Positions 36,246 through 50,600 of a stretch of DNA of 64,000 nucleotides are shown piece after piece (the stretch's first letter is position 1; each line of letters opens with the position of its first letter). Both the position numbers and the translations under genes were made by a program. The stretch is from Parasitella parasitica NRRL 2501 (taxonomy: Eukaryota > Fungi > Mucoromycota). The DNA lies in the NCBI GenBank assembly GCA_025201805.1, contig MU619241.1:11649-75648 (forward strand), given 5' to 3'. Below the pieces are notes generated by a model that was not told the DNA's origin, did no database searches, and worked only from the letters and a program-made list of their open reading frames with translations.

Positions 36246-37262
36246 CATAGTAATTGTGATCTTAAGCTGCTGGAGTCGCACATAACTGACTATTATATCG
36301 CACTATTTGTTGTTGAGATATCATAATCAGTTTCATGAAATAAATCACCTCGTTGATCCACTAACTGATATATACTAAATGGCAGTACCTACTGCTGCTA
36401 TTTCACGAAATACTCTATTTTCCCCATTCCACAGCGCAGCGTCTCCTGTGGAAATGCTTGCTTCCAGTAATGACAGTAAAATGTTCAACCATATAAAATG
36501 TAAAGCGACCATCTCAAATTCAGGGGCAAAAACAAACTTTTCTTTTGCAGGAGGTGCAATTATACTTGATTTATCGGAAGCAAATACCGAGTAAATAGTA
36601 TTTTAATATATCCCCAAAATACAGCAGCAGCTTTTTTACTGCTGCACAATTGACGCGTGCCATATGCCCATCCTTTAAGGTTTCTTGCCATATCTCGGGA
36701 ATGCGGGGATGTTCCGTTTTGCTTGTGTGTACGGAATGGATGTGATACTTTGTCTTTATGCCTACATTACTGTTTCTCATGGATTCTTGTTTGTAAAATG
36801 TGCTTATATTAAAAAAGAAAATATTTGTGCAATGGCTTCCATATTGCTATAGAGATGGCAAAAATCAGCTTTTTAACCTGCAAACATACAAGCACCAAAG
36901 CACATAATAACGTAGTAATGAAGAAGATTATTATAAATCAGACGGTGATACATTTTGCTATATATCAGTTGATCCACAGACCCCCCCCCCTCCTCTTCTT
37001 CATCTATCAAGCCATATCCTTATTTTTCCCGCCAAAACACCCCCCATATTCTTTCTATGGGCTTAATGCAACCATTATGTTAAATATTGTAATGGACTGT
37101 ATTTATACTTTTGATCTGTGTGTATAATAATATATGGATAGATGAATTTTTTTCTTTTGTTTATCTATTTGTTATTTGATCAGTATTTCTATCTATTTTT
37201 TTTCTTTCCTTCCTTCCATCTCTTTTTTCCCTTTCTTTACTACATTTTACTAAATCAACAGC

Positions 37263-38701
37263 ATGCCATCTTCAGATGATGATCAAAATGCCTCCAGGAT
37301 TTTTGCTTGTCCTCAATGCCCTAAAAGTAAATCATGCTTTCCCTGAAAACAACAGCCGCTTAGCTTGTAACTAACATGCCTTTTTTTTTCTCTCTCTCTC
37401 TTCAGTCTTTGCTACTCGCTCGAATTTGTAAGTAAACTTGCCTACACCCCCCCCCTTTTTCTTCTCTCTTTCCCTTGAAAAATAAAACTAACTCGTCGGT
37501 AAAATAACCAGGAAGCGCCACATGGAAAACCCAAATATACACAACATACCTTACGTCCGAAGTCGCGATCAAAAACGATGGAAGGGCCACTCTAAAAAAG
37601 TTGTGTCAAAAGAAGAAACCACAGAAAGGTAAAGCGCAAAAAATCAATCATGTAATAATTGTTGCATTGACAAATTTTCTGATCTGTTTCAGTAACAATG
37701 ATAGAATGCGCAAATGGAGAGCAGAAAACAGAGAAAAAAATAGACAAAATGACTTGCGCTGCCGTGTATATCGTTTGGCACGCCAAAAGTACGGTGATCA
37801 TGATTCCGCTGACAAACAAGCATTTGTTAGGGAAGAAATTGCAAGAAGACTGGGTAGACGCATGATGATGGAAAGAAGAGAGTCCAATGGCTGGGTCCCA
37901 CCTCTTCGCATGCGAGATTCTTTGCGCTTGATGAGCCCCGTTTTACAGTATTCGTCTTTATCCCCATCAGGCCCTACATCTCCAAGCAGCACTGCATCAA
38001 CTACCAGTGATATCATTGAATTGCCATTCTACAGCGCACCACAGCAAAAAATTGAATTGCCATCGATTGATAGATTTACTCGTACGAATTCGTGGTCTTC
38101 TTCTCCACCTGATTTCTCATCAGCCTCATCCAGCCCTGTACTTCCGCATCTGTCACCTTCATTACAACGTCGCACTAGCAGTAGCAGCATTAGTAGTGTC
38201 AGTAGTGTCACAAGTGACAGCCAAAATAACCACGACAACAACAACAAAAAGAGACGTCGATCATCTTCCCATCATTCGACTACTCCGGTGCCCACAGCGA
38301 AAAGAGCAGCTCACACATCACAAACTGCAGTAGCACAAGAATCGGCACAGGAAGCATCAGCAATGTCATTTGTTAAAGTTGAAGGAAAGAAAGCAGGAGA
38401 AGCCAAAGATGACTTTTGTGTACTACCATCTATGCATGCTTTCCTATCCTACAATGCAGCTTCATCACCTGCCTCTGCCTCTGCCTCTGCCTCTGCTGAA
38501 CAACAACAACAACAAATTCAACAACATCGTTATCAGCAGCAGCAGCAGCAGCAGCAGCAGCACCAGGAACAACAAGAACAATGTTGCATACCTACAGTTA
38601 CTACAAAAGGTGGAATTAAATATGTCGATTCAAGCAAAATACTAGACGAATTCGTTGGCGTGGTTCTAAATTACGTTGATAATGCAACAGTAGCACAGTA
38701 A
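37263..38701 (+). CDS. C2H2 zinc finger + DUF3020 putative transcription factor, 4 exons
   Basis: The spliced finger is FACPQCPKIFATRSNLKRHMENPNIH. It is followed by the DUF3020-type RMRKWRAENREKNRQNDLRCRV and a Ser-rich, poly-Q tail. Confidence 0.8.
38533..38560 (+). repeat. (CAG)n poly-Q coding microsatellite
   Basis: About nine uninterrupted CAG codons in the C2H2/DUF3020 gene. A mixed CAG/CAA run also occurs in DMA1 at about 57838-57900 (minus strand). Confidence 0.9.
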
Positions 38702-41141
38702 ACAAACTATTATTGTAGCCAAACAAAAAACCAACTGCTGCTTACACATAAACAAAAACAAAGCCTTTATGTTTTCCATAATATCATTCCATTATACACT
38801 CATCAACTTCATCATTCATCAGCTTTTATTTCTTTGCCATCATCTAGTTTTTATTATACATACCATTTTTTTTCACGTACATTTAGTTAAATCACACATT
38901 AAAAAATGTTCTTTTACCATCATTACAGACATGACAATTCAATGTTATAAATATAATGTTTATCAAACACAATTACTGCTGCTTTTGGTTTAGAATTTTT
39001 TTTTATAGTTCCACTTGGCAGCATGTTGATCATGCTTTAATATTTGTTTTCTAAATGTACATGGTGCAAATGAAGTAGTTCAATGAGGCATCCTTTATTT
39101 CATTCTAGGCGAAAGATCAGCGTGCCACCACTGAATTGCATCTGTTTCTCGAGCTTATTTTAGCATCATCTTGCTCAAGATTTGCACCACAATGTGGACC
39201 CCAGCAAAGCTAAATGATAGGGCAAGGAGAACTGTAAATATTTACCGGTTTCAACTTGAAGAGAAAGTTTACAAGACATTAGATAATCTTTAACAATATA
39301 GAAAGAGTTATCTTCAAGTTGGAGCGCTGATTCCTTCAACTATAAACATCGTATACTATTGTTAAGATGGTATGATGGGCAAGACCTTTATTGATCACAG
39401 AAGTCAACACAAGAGCGTAACAAGAGTCTCATTTAGCTGGGAATTTGGGCAGCCATTAGAGTAAAAGGTTATAAAACGAGAGATTCTAGGCCGTATCTAT
39501 TTTATATGACAATGGCAAGTAAAAATAATTTGCTAAATTGGTCATTTTTTGAAGCAAAGAAAGGGTTCATGCTCCTGTTTTCATTCTTGTCAAAATCAAT
39601 TTTTTCCAAAGAAAATTTATGAATACAGGAATGTCATGGGCCGTAGAAGCAGTAATTGTTTTGCTATACCTACGGTAGCAGATGAATACAATTTTCAAAA
39701 GTGCGCTTTGGTTTATGTAATTACTGCGTATACGCAAGTAAAGACAATATGTACCTGCTTTGCAACTACCAGAACGGTGGATAAAAGATCAAGCAACAAT
39801 ATATTCCTACCGTTCAATTTCATGGATTACTATTTCTTGTTGTTATAATTTCGAAAAAATTCAGTTATCTGTATTTACAATAAATTATGCAATTATAATA
39901 AAAATACAACTTATCGGTACAATTGTTGCTTACGATGTTTTATATACGAAATAGAGACAGGGAGCAGGATCCGATTATTTAAAGTAAATACCGAATGGTG
40001 AGTATGATTTTTGAAAATTATCTTTGGTGAAACATTCAAAAAGCACTATATGAAAATGGAGACCCAGTTACTCAATTGATAGCAATTTGCGAAAAAGTAT
40101 TGAAGATAGGTGCCATAGAATAGGCTCAATTATTTTGAAAATAACACAGTGTCCTGCGTTTATATAATTCAAGGTGGTAAATGGCAAAAACCTGTTTGTA
40201 TGCCAATCCTTGAAATAGGCACAGCAGGTGATTGATATGATAAATCAGGGAAAATAATAATAAGGATTGTCCATTTTACCAAATACAAAGCTAAATACTT
40301 CGCTGATTGATAGAAGCTGCCTATTTATATTGACTAAATCTGCTTGAATCAGCCACCAAACAGCAGTAATAATAATATGATCATAACTTGTGCTAAATGA
40401 ACAGTAGAACCGAGATCGAGCTTTAAGAAAACATTATTGGGTGAAATCAATGCTATCAAGTAAATAAGACTTATAAATTTATTGGCAGAACACAGATTTC
40501 ATACCAAAATTGCACATAAACGCATGTAGGTTCTGGTAGAGATTAAAATTTGAATTGGTTTACGTATAGCTGATACTAGCACAATTTGGGTTGGACATTT
40601 TGTTGATTACTTCTATTTACTAGATAGAGTATTCAGTGACATTTAACCTTAGATCAGACTAGGAACGGTTGCCATGACAATTGAGTTGAGATTGTGATAA
40701 CTGTGATATTCTATGGATACAGCATGTTTCACTCTCTCTGAATAATTTTGTAAACTGTTGGGTAATTCTTATAGTCTATTTACTTCAACTATAGTTGATT
40801 TTTTTCAACTAAAGGTTTATTGTAACTTCACAATGTGAGCGTAGTTAATGACCTCAGTTTAATGTGACAAAACCATCTTAATATAACAAAGGCATGAAAT
40901 AATCAAAAAAAACACACTTTTTTCCCGTCATCTGTCTTGCCTCTAAATCTTTTAAACGGTCCACTTGCTTTATATTATATTAAGCTCAAACTAGTAAAAA
41001 CACTGAATCAGTTGTTCTAAGCCGAGATCAATTAAGTTAAGCTGAGATCCCTACTAGATTTCTCATCATTTTTTTTTTTTTACTTTGTAAACTACTGAAA
41101 AAAAAAAGAGCATGATAGTTGGCCTCTACTACGATACTTGT

Positions 41142-41400
41142 CTAAACATAAGAATGACCAACAAAACCTTCAAAGTCACTCAGCTTTAAGCTATGGGATG
41201 CTTCGCCGATTCGTGTCATCAACATCTCGTTTTCCAACGACCTATTGAGCCTAACTTTGCTCTTAACGATCGACCAAAACAGCTCAATACGATTGAGTTC
41301 AAAAGAGTATGACGAAAGGTAGGCATATCGATATCCTTGAGACTCGATATTTTTAGAAATATCTTTACCCTGGTGAATAGAAGCATGTAACTTTGATTTT
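41142..41400 (-). mobile_element. Tc1/IS630-like (DDE_3) transposase C-terminal remnant
   Basis: GYRYAYLSSYSFELNRIELFWSIVKSKVR...LMTRIGEA is a decayed form of the YLPPYSPELNPIE.FW motif. No upstream catalytic region or start codon is intact. Confidence 0.8.
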
Positions 41401-41679
41401 GGCAAGCATGCGAATTCAGAACAGGCGGGATACCATCTTAATCTTGGAAAAGAGTGTAGAAGCGAGTACTCCACTCATCTTGAAAAAAACGATGAAAAAC
41501 CACCCTTTTGGCGTTGGGAACGACTGCAAGTCAATCAGTCCTCGGTAAGAGCTGTGACATTGAGGCAACTCCGCATTGTGAGGAAAAAACGAAACATTTC
41601 AAAGAACTTTCCTTGTACTTTTAACCATTTCGATTAACCTCTTTGGTGAAAGACTTGAATAAAAAACAACAATAATAGT

Positions 41680-44600
41680 ATGAAGATTACAAGGGTTCCC
41701 AACAGAAAACCTGCTCCTTTGGTAGGGTCTTTTTTTTTTTTTTTTTTCTAATATTGTTAGGTTCCTGCAACAGCCGTCAAACACTTGGTTGAAGATGATC
41801 AAAATGATATAAAAATCTGGGTATTGCGATCCTGGCCTTTCCCTAGAGGCGATTTATTTCAATTTGTTGCTGTTTTAAATCGCTTCGACGCAATTTTGGC
41901 TACAACATGCCATGACTACCAACTGTATGAAAATCAAATACAAAAGAAGCCCTTTTTGGTAGAAACTAAACAAATGTTGCTGGCTATATTGGAATTTTCA
42001 AAGATCTTATTTGAAAATTGTACAAACAGAAACATTTACAATTCCTACGAGGTACAGTAAGAAAGACTCTTGAATAACGTCCTGTACTGATGTTTGATGT
42101 TAGCATTTAAATAATCTATTGAACACAACTGACATTGATATTTTGGAGGCTGTGTTACGACTCATGTTAAGACCAGCACAGCGCGTGAATAATCCTAAAG
42201 CAGTACAATCCAGTTTCTTGGCACATCAGGATAAAGTGACGGAATTAGCGAGAGGAGGATCCATCGCAGACTTAGCCTCGATGGAAACGACCAATGGCAA
42301 TAGTAGGATTTGCATGTCGTTTTTCCGTACTAGCACAGGTGGAGAGACAAAAGAAGAGGAGGGCTTGCAGGCAATCAATATCAACGTTGCACCAAACCAA
42401 AGCACAGATGGAGAATTGTTTTGGAAACTTGTAGAGGAATACCAAGTGCCTAAGGAGAACCATTTTGAACTTTTGAATAGGGTTAGAATTGCAAATCATA
42501 TGGCAGATGTCGCAATCCGTCAGCAGCTATTGATCATTCGGTTTACGTCAATAGTTATTATGGGTAAACATACAATGAGAAGGGCCATCACAATCACTAA
42601 CTGGTCTAAATAGCTCACACTATGTCTGAGACGATGGCACAAAATAGAGTCTTTATTTATGAGCCTCATCTAGTCTCTCAGATTGCTCAACTTGTATCTT
42701 ATGACAACAATATTCCTGTAGATATTCAAACTTATGCCTTGTATGCTTTGGACGGCATTGCCCGACACAAGGCAAAGGTGACCGAAGTTTTAGCTGCGTT
42801 CAATGCTTCCGCTAATCATGGAGTGCTACTTCACATCCTTCGTCGACTGCACCAACCTGCATCTGGCAAGTCATTTGTTCATCCAACCGTGTAGCCAGCT
42901 CTACTAACAAGTCTTGATAGTCTATACCGTCGACTTTTTGGACGCATTATTCGCTTTATTGACATTTTTAGTATCAACATCTGCCGGTGGGGCCATGCTC
43001 ATGTCAGCAGGCATCATGTCGACCTTAATTCAAGCCCTGGATCACACAAGCAGCTCAAATACAGTCTATAGAAAGGCTTTGATCAAAATGATTGGCTTAT
43101 TAGATACGGTAATGAGCAACATCAACACATCATTTTCGACATTCTGTAGCGCGAATGGATTGGAAGTACTACTCAGAGTGATTCAAGCCCAAGTAGACGA
43201 ATGCATTGGCAGTAACCAACAGCCGCCCAACTACGATGCATTGACTCTTGTGAAAAATGCATTGAGATTTTTGATCCGCATGATGGAATCAAGCGACACG
43301 GCAGACGGCCTACGAAATCTGATAGAATCGAGCATCCCGCACACGATCATGAAGGTCATGGAGCATCATCACATTTTTGGGCCCAGTGTATTCGCGCTCG
43401 TAACCAATGTGGCTACCACATTCATCCATAACGAGCCAACATCACTTTCGGTATTGCAGGAGATCAAATTGCCGCAAACATTTTTAACAACATTTGCGAC
43501 ATTTGAGCAGCCCAATTTTGAAGTTTTGATGGCGGCTGTGCATTCGTTTGGCGCTATATGCCTAAATGATACAGGGTTAGACATGTTCAACCAGGCCAAC
43601 CCACTGCCTCATTTTTTCAAGCTGATGACATCCTCCAGTTTTGTTACAAATGCATCAGATGTGGGCAATGCAATGTCCTTGGGTACCACCATGGACGAAT
43701 TGATCAGACATCATCCCAGATTGAAGGGACAAGTGTTCAGCTGCGCGAACCAATTACTGCAGCAAGTCATCGAAATTGGGCATTCGGAAAAGGGCAAGCC
43801 TTTGGACAACTGCCATGAATTGGTGTTTGAAAGAAAAGCACAAGATCCTCCTGCAGAAAGAGCAGAATGTCTATTGCTTGGATTTGTAGATCTAGTTGCA
43901 AGAGTAAGTGCAGCTGTCGGGTAACTTTTGCTCTAGTTTGTGTTGGGCTGACTCTGTCTGATGTAGTTTTTGGAAGGGTTCTTGCGAAATGTGGATAATG
44001 TCAAAGAATTTGTTAGATACGGTGGTCCAGAGTTGCTTTTGCGCTATTATTCGCTCCCAATGCTCCCCTACGACTTTTCTGTGTCAAACGCATTCGATTC
44101 TCTCGGTTTTGTGTTTCGTGTGATTGCAGATGTATCCCCAAATGCACTTTCCAAACTCATCGCAGCCACAGTCTATGAATCATCGCGATTCATCTTTACC
44201 GAACTAGACAACAGGAAATCTGTAGTGTATGACTACGCTGAAGCCAACGGTAAGCGATGACAGCACTGGAAGATTGTACTTGCGCATATTCATATTGCAT
44301 GTATCACAGGAACTGACCAACTGTCGCGAAAAGCAGGAAACGACATGTTTAGAAAATTTAGTGTATTATTTGGCTATATTGGATTGCTATCGACTATTTT
44401 TTCGTCTGCAATCTTGACAAGCAACAAATTTGCTGGGCGTTTGGTTGAATGGTGTGTTGAAAAGAACGACGAGTACAAGAGCATCGTTCAGTTACTTGGT
44501 GACATTCACCGGACCATGGTTTGGCAAAACATCTTGCTAAGAGACTCTGTTCCCAAATCATGGTACAGTACAACACAATTGCAGCAACAACAAGACGCCG

Positions 44601-47600
44601 ATCCAAAGGATCCTCGAGTCATTAATGTGAGACGCTTCAAACTGCTACTGAGCGAAATCCCACCAGCTCTCATGCCTGTTTTCCAGGGCATTATTAAAGT
44701 ATCTACCAATCGTCGAATCCCAACTGTAAATATGTCGTTCACTGACCGTGCAAAGTTTGTTGCTGAGGATATTGCTAGCTTGTTTGATCTTGGCCTTCAT
44801 TACATGTTTGGCACCGAGGATGCGCCCGATTGCAGGTTTGAATACTATGCAGCTATCTTTTCCATGATATCCATGTTGCTTCTGGACGATCGCTCTCGAA
44901 CCGCTCTGGAGACTCCTATTGCTGTTGCTTTTGAACGTTCTGGCCTTGTTGATTTCTTGCTGAACGAAATGCTCCCCTGTTTCTGGGACGCAGCAGAGGC
45001 AAAAATCAAGGCAGGCGAGCAAGACGGTATTGTAGCTCACCGTATCAACACTTGTATCGAACTTTTGCTTGCTATTCTCCACCACCTGGGCTCGCCAAAG
45101 CTATTTTACTCTTCGCCGCATACAAACATACTTACTGCCGCACATCCAGACGATGCTTTCACGTTTACTCCAGACCTTCTGAACCCATACGACTGGGTTG
45201 CTTCAATGCAGCTCAAATTAACTGGCCTGTACAAATACCTTCAAAGCCCTCTGCTACACAAATTTTCCAGACATGTCTTGCATTCTTTACTGAGATGTGT
45301 GACCCAAGTCATGAAGCATGAAGGTGAATCCCCTCCTCGTAATATTGCCCGTAGAACCGGTGGCGGGGCCAAGAACAATACTGCAGATGACAGTGCAATT
45401 GAGCATTTCGATACCAACCGTAGAGCCTTGATTACGATGGGATTCGAGGCTGATCGTGTGGACGATGCCTTGCGTAGAATGCGCTATGGTATCTGTGCTC
45501 TTGATTATCTGTTTAGTCGTCGTCTGGTACAGCACACCATAGAGGCAGGTCCGCCACAGTTGGATATTTCTGCCGAAATAGAATGTTCAAATCCACTGAC
45601 TTTGGCCGAATTCGACGCTGGAGTTCGTATTTTGGTAAACATGTGGTACGACCCTACTCTAGCTACTCAGGCGCTGAGTGAAAGCGGCAACCTTGCCCAG
45701 GCTGCAATGTTAATGTCGAGACATATACCCTCCGCATTAAGGACACCCTCTGATCAACAGCCGCAAGAAGTTGTAGTTGAAGATGACAATGATGATCAGT
45801 ATGAAGATATTGCCACAGAGGACGATGAAGGGGAGGCAGACGAGAGTATGTATACTACCGAGGAAGACGACGCCAACGAAGAAGCAGCAACTCCAAGCCG
45901 TCGGGTGGAAAAAAGAGCATCGACTGCAGAGGAAATCCGCACCGGATTGGCAAGCATCCGTAAGAAAATGCGTGCTCATATCCCTCTTATCCTGTCTCGG
46001 CTTGTTGATGAGCGTAACGACCTTGACTTTGAGGTGCGTGGGCTGATGGCAATGCTATGCTGTGGCGACCCCAATGAATGGGACTTCAATACAAAGCAAA
46101 CCGTTCGTCTGTTCTTTGGCGGTCCGAGCAAGCAGCAAGACGCTCTTTCCATGTTTGAATCTTCCATCAACAAGATCCGCATATTTGCTCTCATGTTGCG
46201 TGAGCCCAGCATGCAAGATGTCCTGTCTCTTTTGATCACCACCATGTCAGACTACATGAGCTGGTTCGAGTTCCTGGATATGATTGTGGCCCATCCTGAC
46301 TTCCCTGATCCCAAGTGGCTGACTACACTGTTTTTAATCCTGGAAGCTGCTCTAGCTCAGTCTGACGAACCAAAGGACGCTATCAGGACTACCGAAGAGG
46401 ACATGTCCGTGCCAGCCATTGTCACAGCTGAAAATAGAACCACACTGATGAAGTACTGTTTAGAGTTATTGAAAATGGAGACTTTGACCGAGGATAATTT
46501 GATATCTGTGCTGAGAATCATTGTGCGTCTTACCAAGCACCATGCAGCAGCCTTGCAATTTGTCGAACTGGGAGGCCTTGAACCTCTGTTTAAGCGGCCC
46601 AGCTCAGGATTCAAGGCTCTCAAGATCCAGCAAACCTATATCATCATGATTTTACGTCATGTCATTGAAAGCAAACAAGTCTTGACAGCGACAATGCGTG
46701 AATGGTTGGTTACCTTCTTCACTAACTCTGGAGCGGATAATGTAGATGTCGATGCATTCACAAGAAACCATAGCAACTTGGCTTTGCGTGATCCTGACGT
46801 CTTTGTAGATGTGAGCACTCAACTATGTCGATTTAGCAGCTCAGGCAAAAGCATTTGTTACAATGGAGCAAACAAAGACGATGACCGCAGCACTCCAGCG
46901 ATCGAGACATCCTCTCTCGTTATTCACTCTCTGCTGAACCAACTCGTGCAAACACAGGCCAATGCAAGCGAATCCAACCTCAAGCTTGCTTACACTGGAT
47001 TTCTGCTGCAATGCATCTTTGAACTCGTATCGTCTTATCCATCTTGTAAGCACGATATCCTTAATTTCTCGACGGATTTCTCGACGGAAAAAGATGCAAC
47101 AGCAACTGCTGATGTGCACCAGAAAATCTTGTTTAGGCTGACAAACACGCTCTTGCCCTATAATGCGATAAGCACGCCCACAGACCAAGATCGGAAAAAG
47201 CAGGGTGTGTCGATGTGGGTTGCGTCGCTCCTGGTTGGTATGTGCTACAACACTGCGCATGTGCATGAAAGCGACAAGGCATCTCACAGGAATGCGCTTG
47301 CTACTGTACGAAAGCATGTGCTTGATGTTGTAGCACGTTCAATCCAAGACGCACTGCAGTCCGATGCAACTGCAAGCGTAAAGTACAACAGATACTTTGC
47401 GCTTACAGAACTCTGTCACCGCATACTGAATGCTCGTCCCACTGGCATCAATGTCGATGCTGGCATCAAGGAAGAAGATGCTGTGAAGGAAGTCTCAAAG
47501 CTGATGTTGGAAAAGCGTTTCGTGCCCCTCTTGATATCTGTGATCAGTGATGTGGATGTCAACTACCCGCAAGCCAAGTCTATCCTCAACTCAGTCTTGA

Positions 47601-50600
47601 GGCCTTTGGAACAACTGACTAAATTAGCTATCCGCATCCACCGTGATTCTCCTCCTGCGCTGGACAACATGCAAAGGGAAATTGATCAAGCTAATCAGAC
47701 CATTCACGCAGCCCATCAGCAGAACGACAGGGGACAAGACGATGAAGAAAACGATATCCAGGACATGTATATCCCCATGGACACAGACGAGGACGATGCA
47801 GAGGCTGGTGAAGTCAATGACCTGTACAGAAACTCGTCTCTTGCCATGTTTGACGGCACCGTCTTGGAGGAAGAAAGCAGTGAAGAAGAGTCAGACAATG
47901 ACATTTCCATGGCAAGGTTTGTGCAATACAACGACCGTTTGAATCTGTAGTTATTCCTAACCCTATGTCTAGTTCCGGTGAAGAGATTGTCGATGATGAT
48001 GACGACGACGATGATGACGACGATGACTCAAGTGGGTTAGAGATTGACATAAGTGCTGATTCTTCTTCAGTGGATGAACAGGACGAGGACATTGTATTTC
48101 GACGCCATAGATTCCACCATGCAGACACTGATGAGGAAGACGAGGTACTGAAAAAAAAAATCCAACTGTTTACCACTTACTAAATATTACAATCATTAGT
48201 CTGGCTCTGACAATGATGATTCGGGTTCTGATTCTCACAGCATGGCAAGCACTTTCTCATCAAACGAATACGACTCATCCAATGAGTCGCTCAATTCCGA
48301 TAGGAGCGACTCGATCCACTCTAATGACAGTCGAGATCTAGCGTGGCAACTGACCGAAGAGGGGCGTATGAATGGGCACACGAGACGCCACAGAAGAGAT
48401 AGCATCAGTAGCCTAGTAAGTCGCATATTTCTACCGTATGTTGTGTCCTTGTCGCTGACGTGGTAATAAATATTAGGGCAGTGGCGATGATGATGATGAT
48501 GGTGACGACAATGATATGGATGTTGATCCCGCTGATTATGAGTTGGACACTGGTGGCCTTAATGCGGAGGAACTTGCAGATGTGGAGCGTAATCGTAAGT
48601 TGCAGTATACCAATATTGTTGATAATGTGTCAGCTAACCAATATCAATGTACAGTTGATCTGTTCAACAGAATGACTCGTGGAGGTGGAAACGGTTAGTG
48701 ATTGTAGCACAGCATTCATTTAATTTTATATTGATCCGTTGCATAGCAACTCAAATCATCAACCCTACAGTAAGAGGCTCATTGAACAGCAATCCAAACA
48801 ATGACAGCGGTGCTTTCAGACCCTTTGATAACGTCATTCTGCATCCACTTTTACAAAGTGCTTCGTCTAATAATGCAGAAACACCTGCAGCTTCGTCAAC
48901 TCTTTCAGCAGAAACTGCCATCTTATGTGGTGCCAACAGAAATCATTTGCAAGCGTATGAAGATATCATTGGTGGTAGTGCTGTACGCATTTTGGAAAAT
49001 TTATTTTCTCAACAACGACAACGAAACAATGGCGCTGAAGAGGTCGCTACACATGCTGTTTCAAGTGGCAATGCGGATGAAACTGCAATGCATAATGAAA
49101 GCGAACAAGAGAACAAGGATACTTTGGAATTGCTAAAAGAATTTCAACCCTCTCATACGACAGATCGCTGGGCCCAAGAAGCTCATATGGTTTACATTCC
49201 TGCGGTTGCCTCTGCCAAGGCCTCTAAGCTGACTGGTCAACTTATTACTGAGCTGACAAAACGAGGTCAAGATCAACCAACGATGCAGAAACACGAACTG
49301 GAACTCGCTTCCTCACCAGAGCCAGCCTGGAATGATACGGAAATTGACATTGTCATCGAAGAAGACGGCGACTCCTCTGATCTTGAAGCAGAGGACGACG
49401 ACGAGGAGGAGCTACTCAATGTTGATGAACAGCAAAATCGCGTTACAGTCATGGTCCATGGAGAACATGTCGACATCACTGGAACAGGCATTGACGTAGA
49501 GTTTTTGGAAGCTCTCCCTGATGATCTAAGAGCTGAAGTTATTAGCCAGCAAATGGCTGAACGCCGTCATTCTATTGAAAGCATGGACCAAGATGAGATC
49601 AGCCCCGAGTTTTTGGCTGCTTTACCACCTGATATTCGGAATGAGGTGCTCAGACAGGAGTCCATTGATCGCAGCAGACGCCAGACTAGAGAATTTCTAG
49701 ACACAGGAGATATGGATCGATTGGTGGAAAGCAATGCGAACAGCAGCAGCCACCCTGAACCGCATACCAGCGCTGTAAATACAAACGACTTGGAAGGTGT
49801 GCATCCCAATCTGGACCTTACTTCTCGCGTTGGTTGCCCAACTGGCCCTGCACCGACTCGAGACGGCGCAACTGCAACATGGAGAATAGGCAGAGCGACC
49901 GGCGCTGCAGATCAGCAAGCAGAAAATAGCAACACGAATCAAGGTAGCAGAAGTGATACTGCCAACAATACTTCAAAAGCGCCTAGTCGCCACCACAAAG
50001 ACGCTATCCGCATTGTCGATAAATCTCAATTGGCTGCTCTTGCTCGCTTGGTGTTTGTTCCTCAGTCTATATCAAAAGCTTTACTGAACAGGCTTCTATT
50101 GAGTTTATGCGAAAACAGTAAAACTCGCTCGGATTTGCTGTCTCTCCTGGTAAGCATTCTGCAAGATGGTAGCACTGACCTTGCAGCTGTCGATCGCAGT
50201 TTTATGGACCTATCTATTCAAAAGGGTTGCAACAGCAACAGCAACAGCAAAATGGAGGACACGCCTGTTCATGTTGTATCAGCACCGGCAGAAAACGCTC
50301 CCAATTTGATTGCTCAGCGATGCCTGGAGATTCTGTACTATGTTGTTACTCTTAACGATCGTTCTCTCGCTTATTTCTTGACAGAACACGACAGTTTGAG
50401 TTATTTGAAGCGTCGTTACTCTGCCAGTAGTAGCCGAAAATCAAAGACAAAGGCCCTGACAAGCAACGCTTCCGTCAAGTACCCCATTTTGGTGCTAATT
50501 GGGCTTCTGGACCGCCCAGTTTTCATGGATAATGTCACGCTCATGGAACAGCTGATGAATTTGCTAGAAGTTATGTGTCGCCCTATACCCAGTTTGGTCT

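Noticed and set aside
39100-40900. AT-rich stretch with short broken frames (also 60047-60410 and 180-380)
   Set aside because: No recognisable motif or splice-consistent gene model. It may be old repeat debris, but I cannot support a call.
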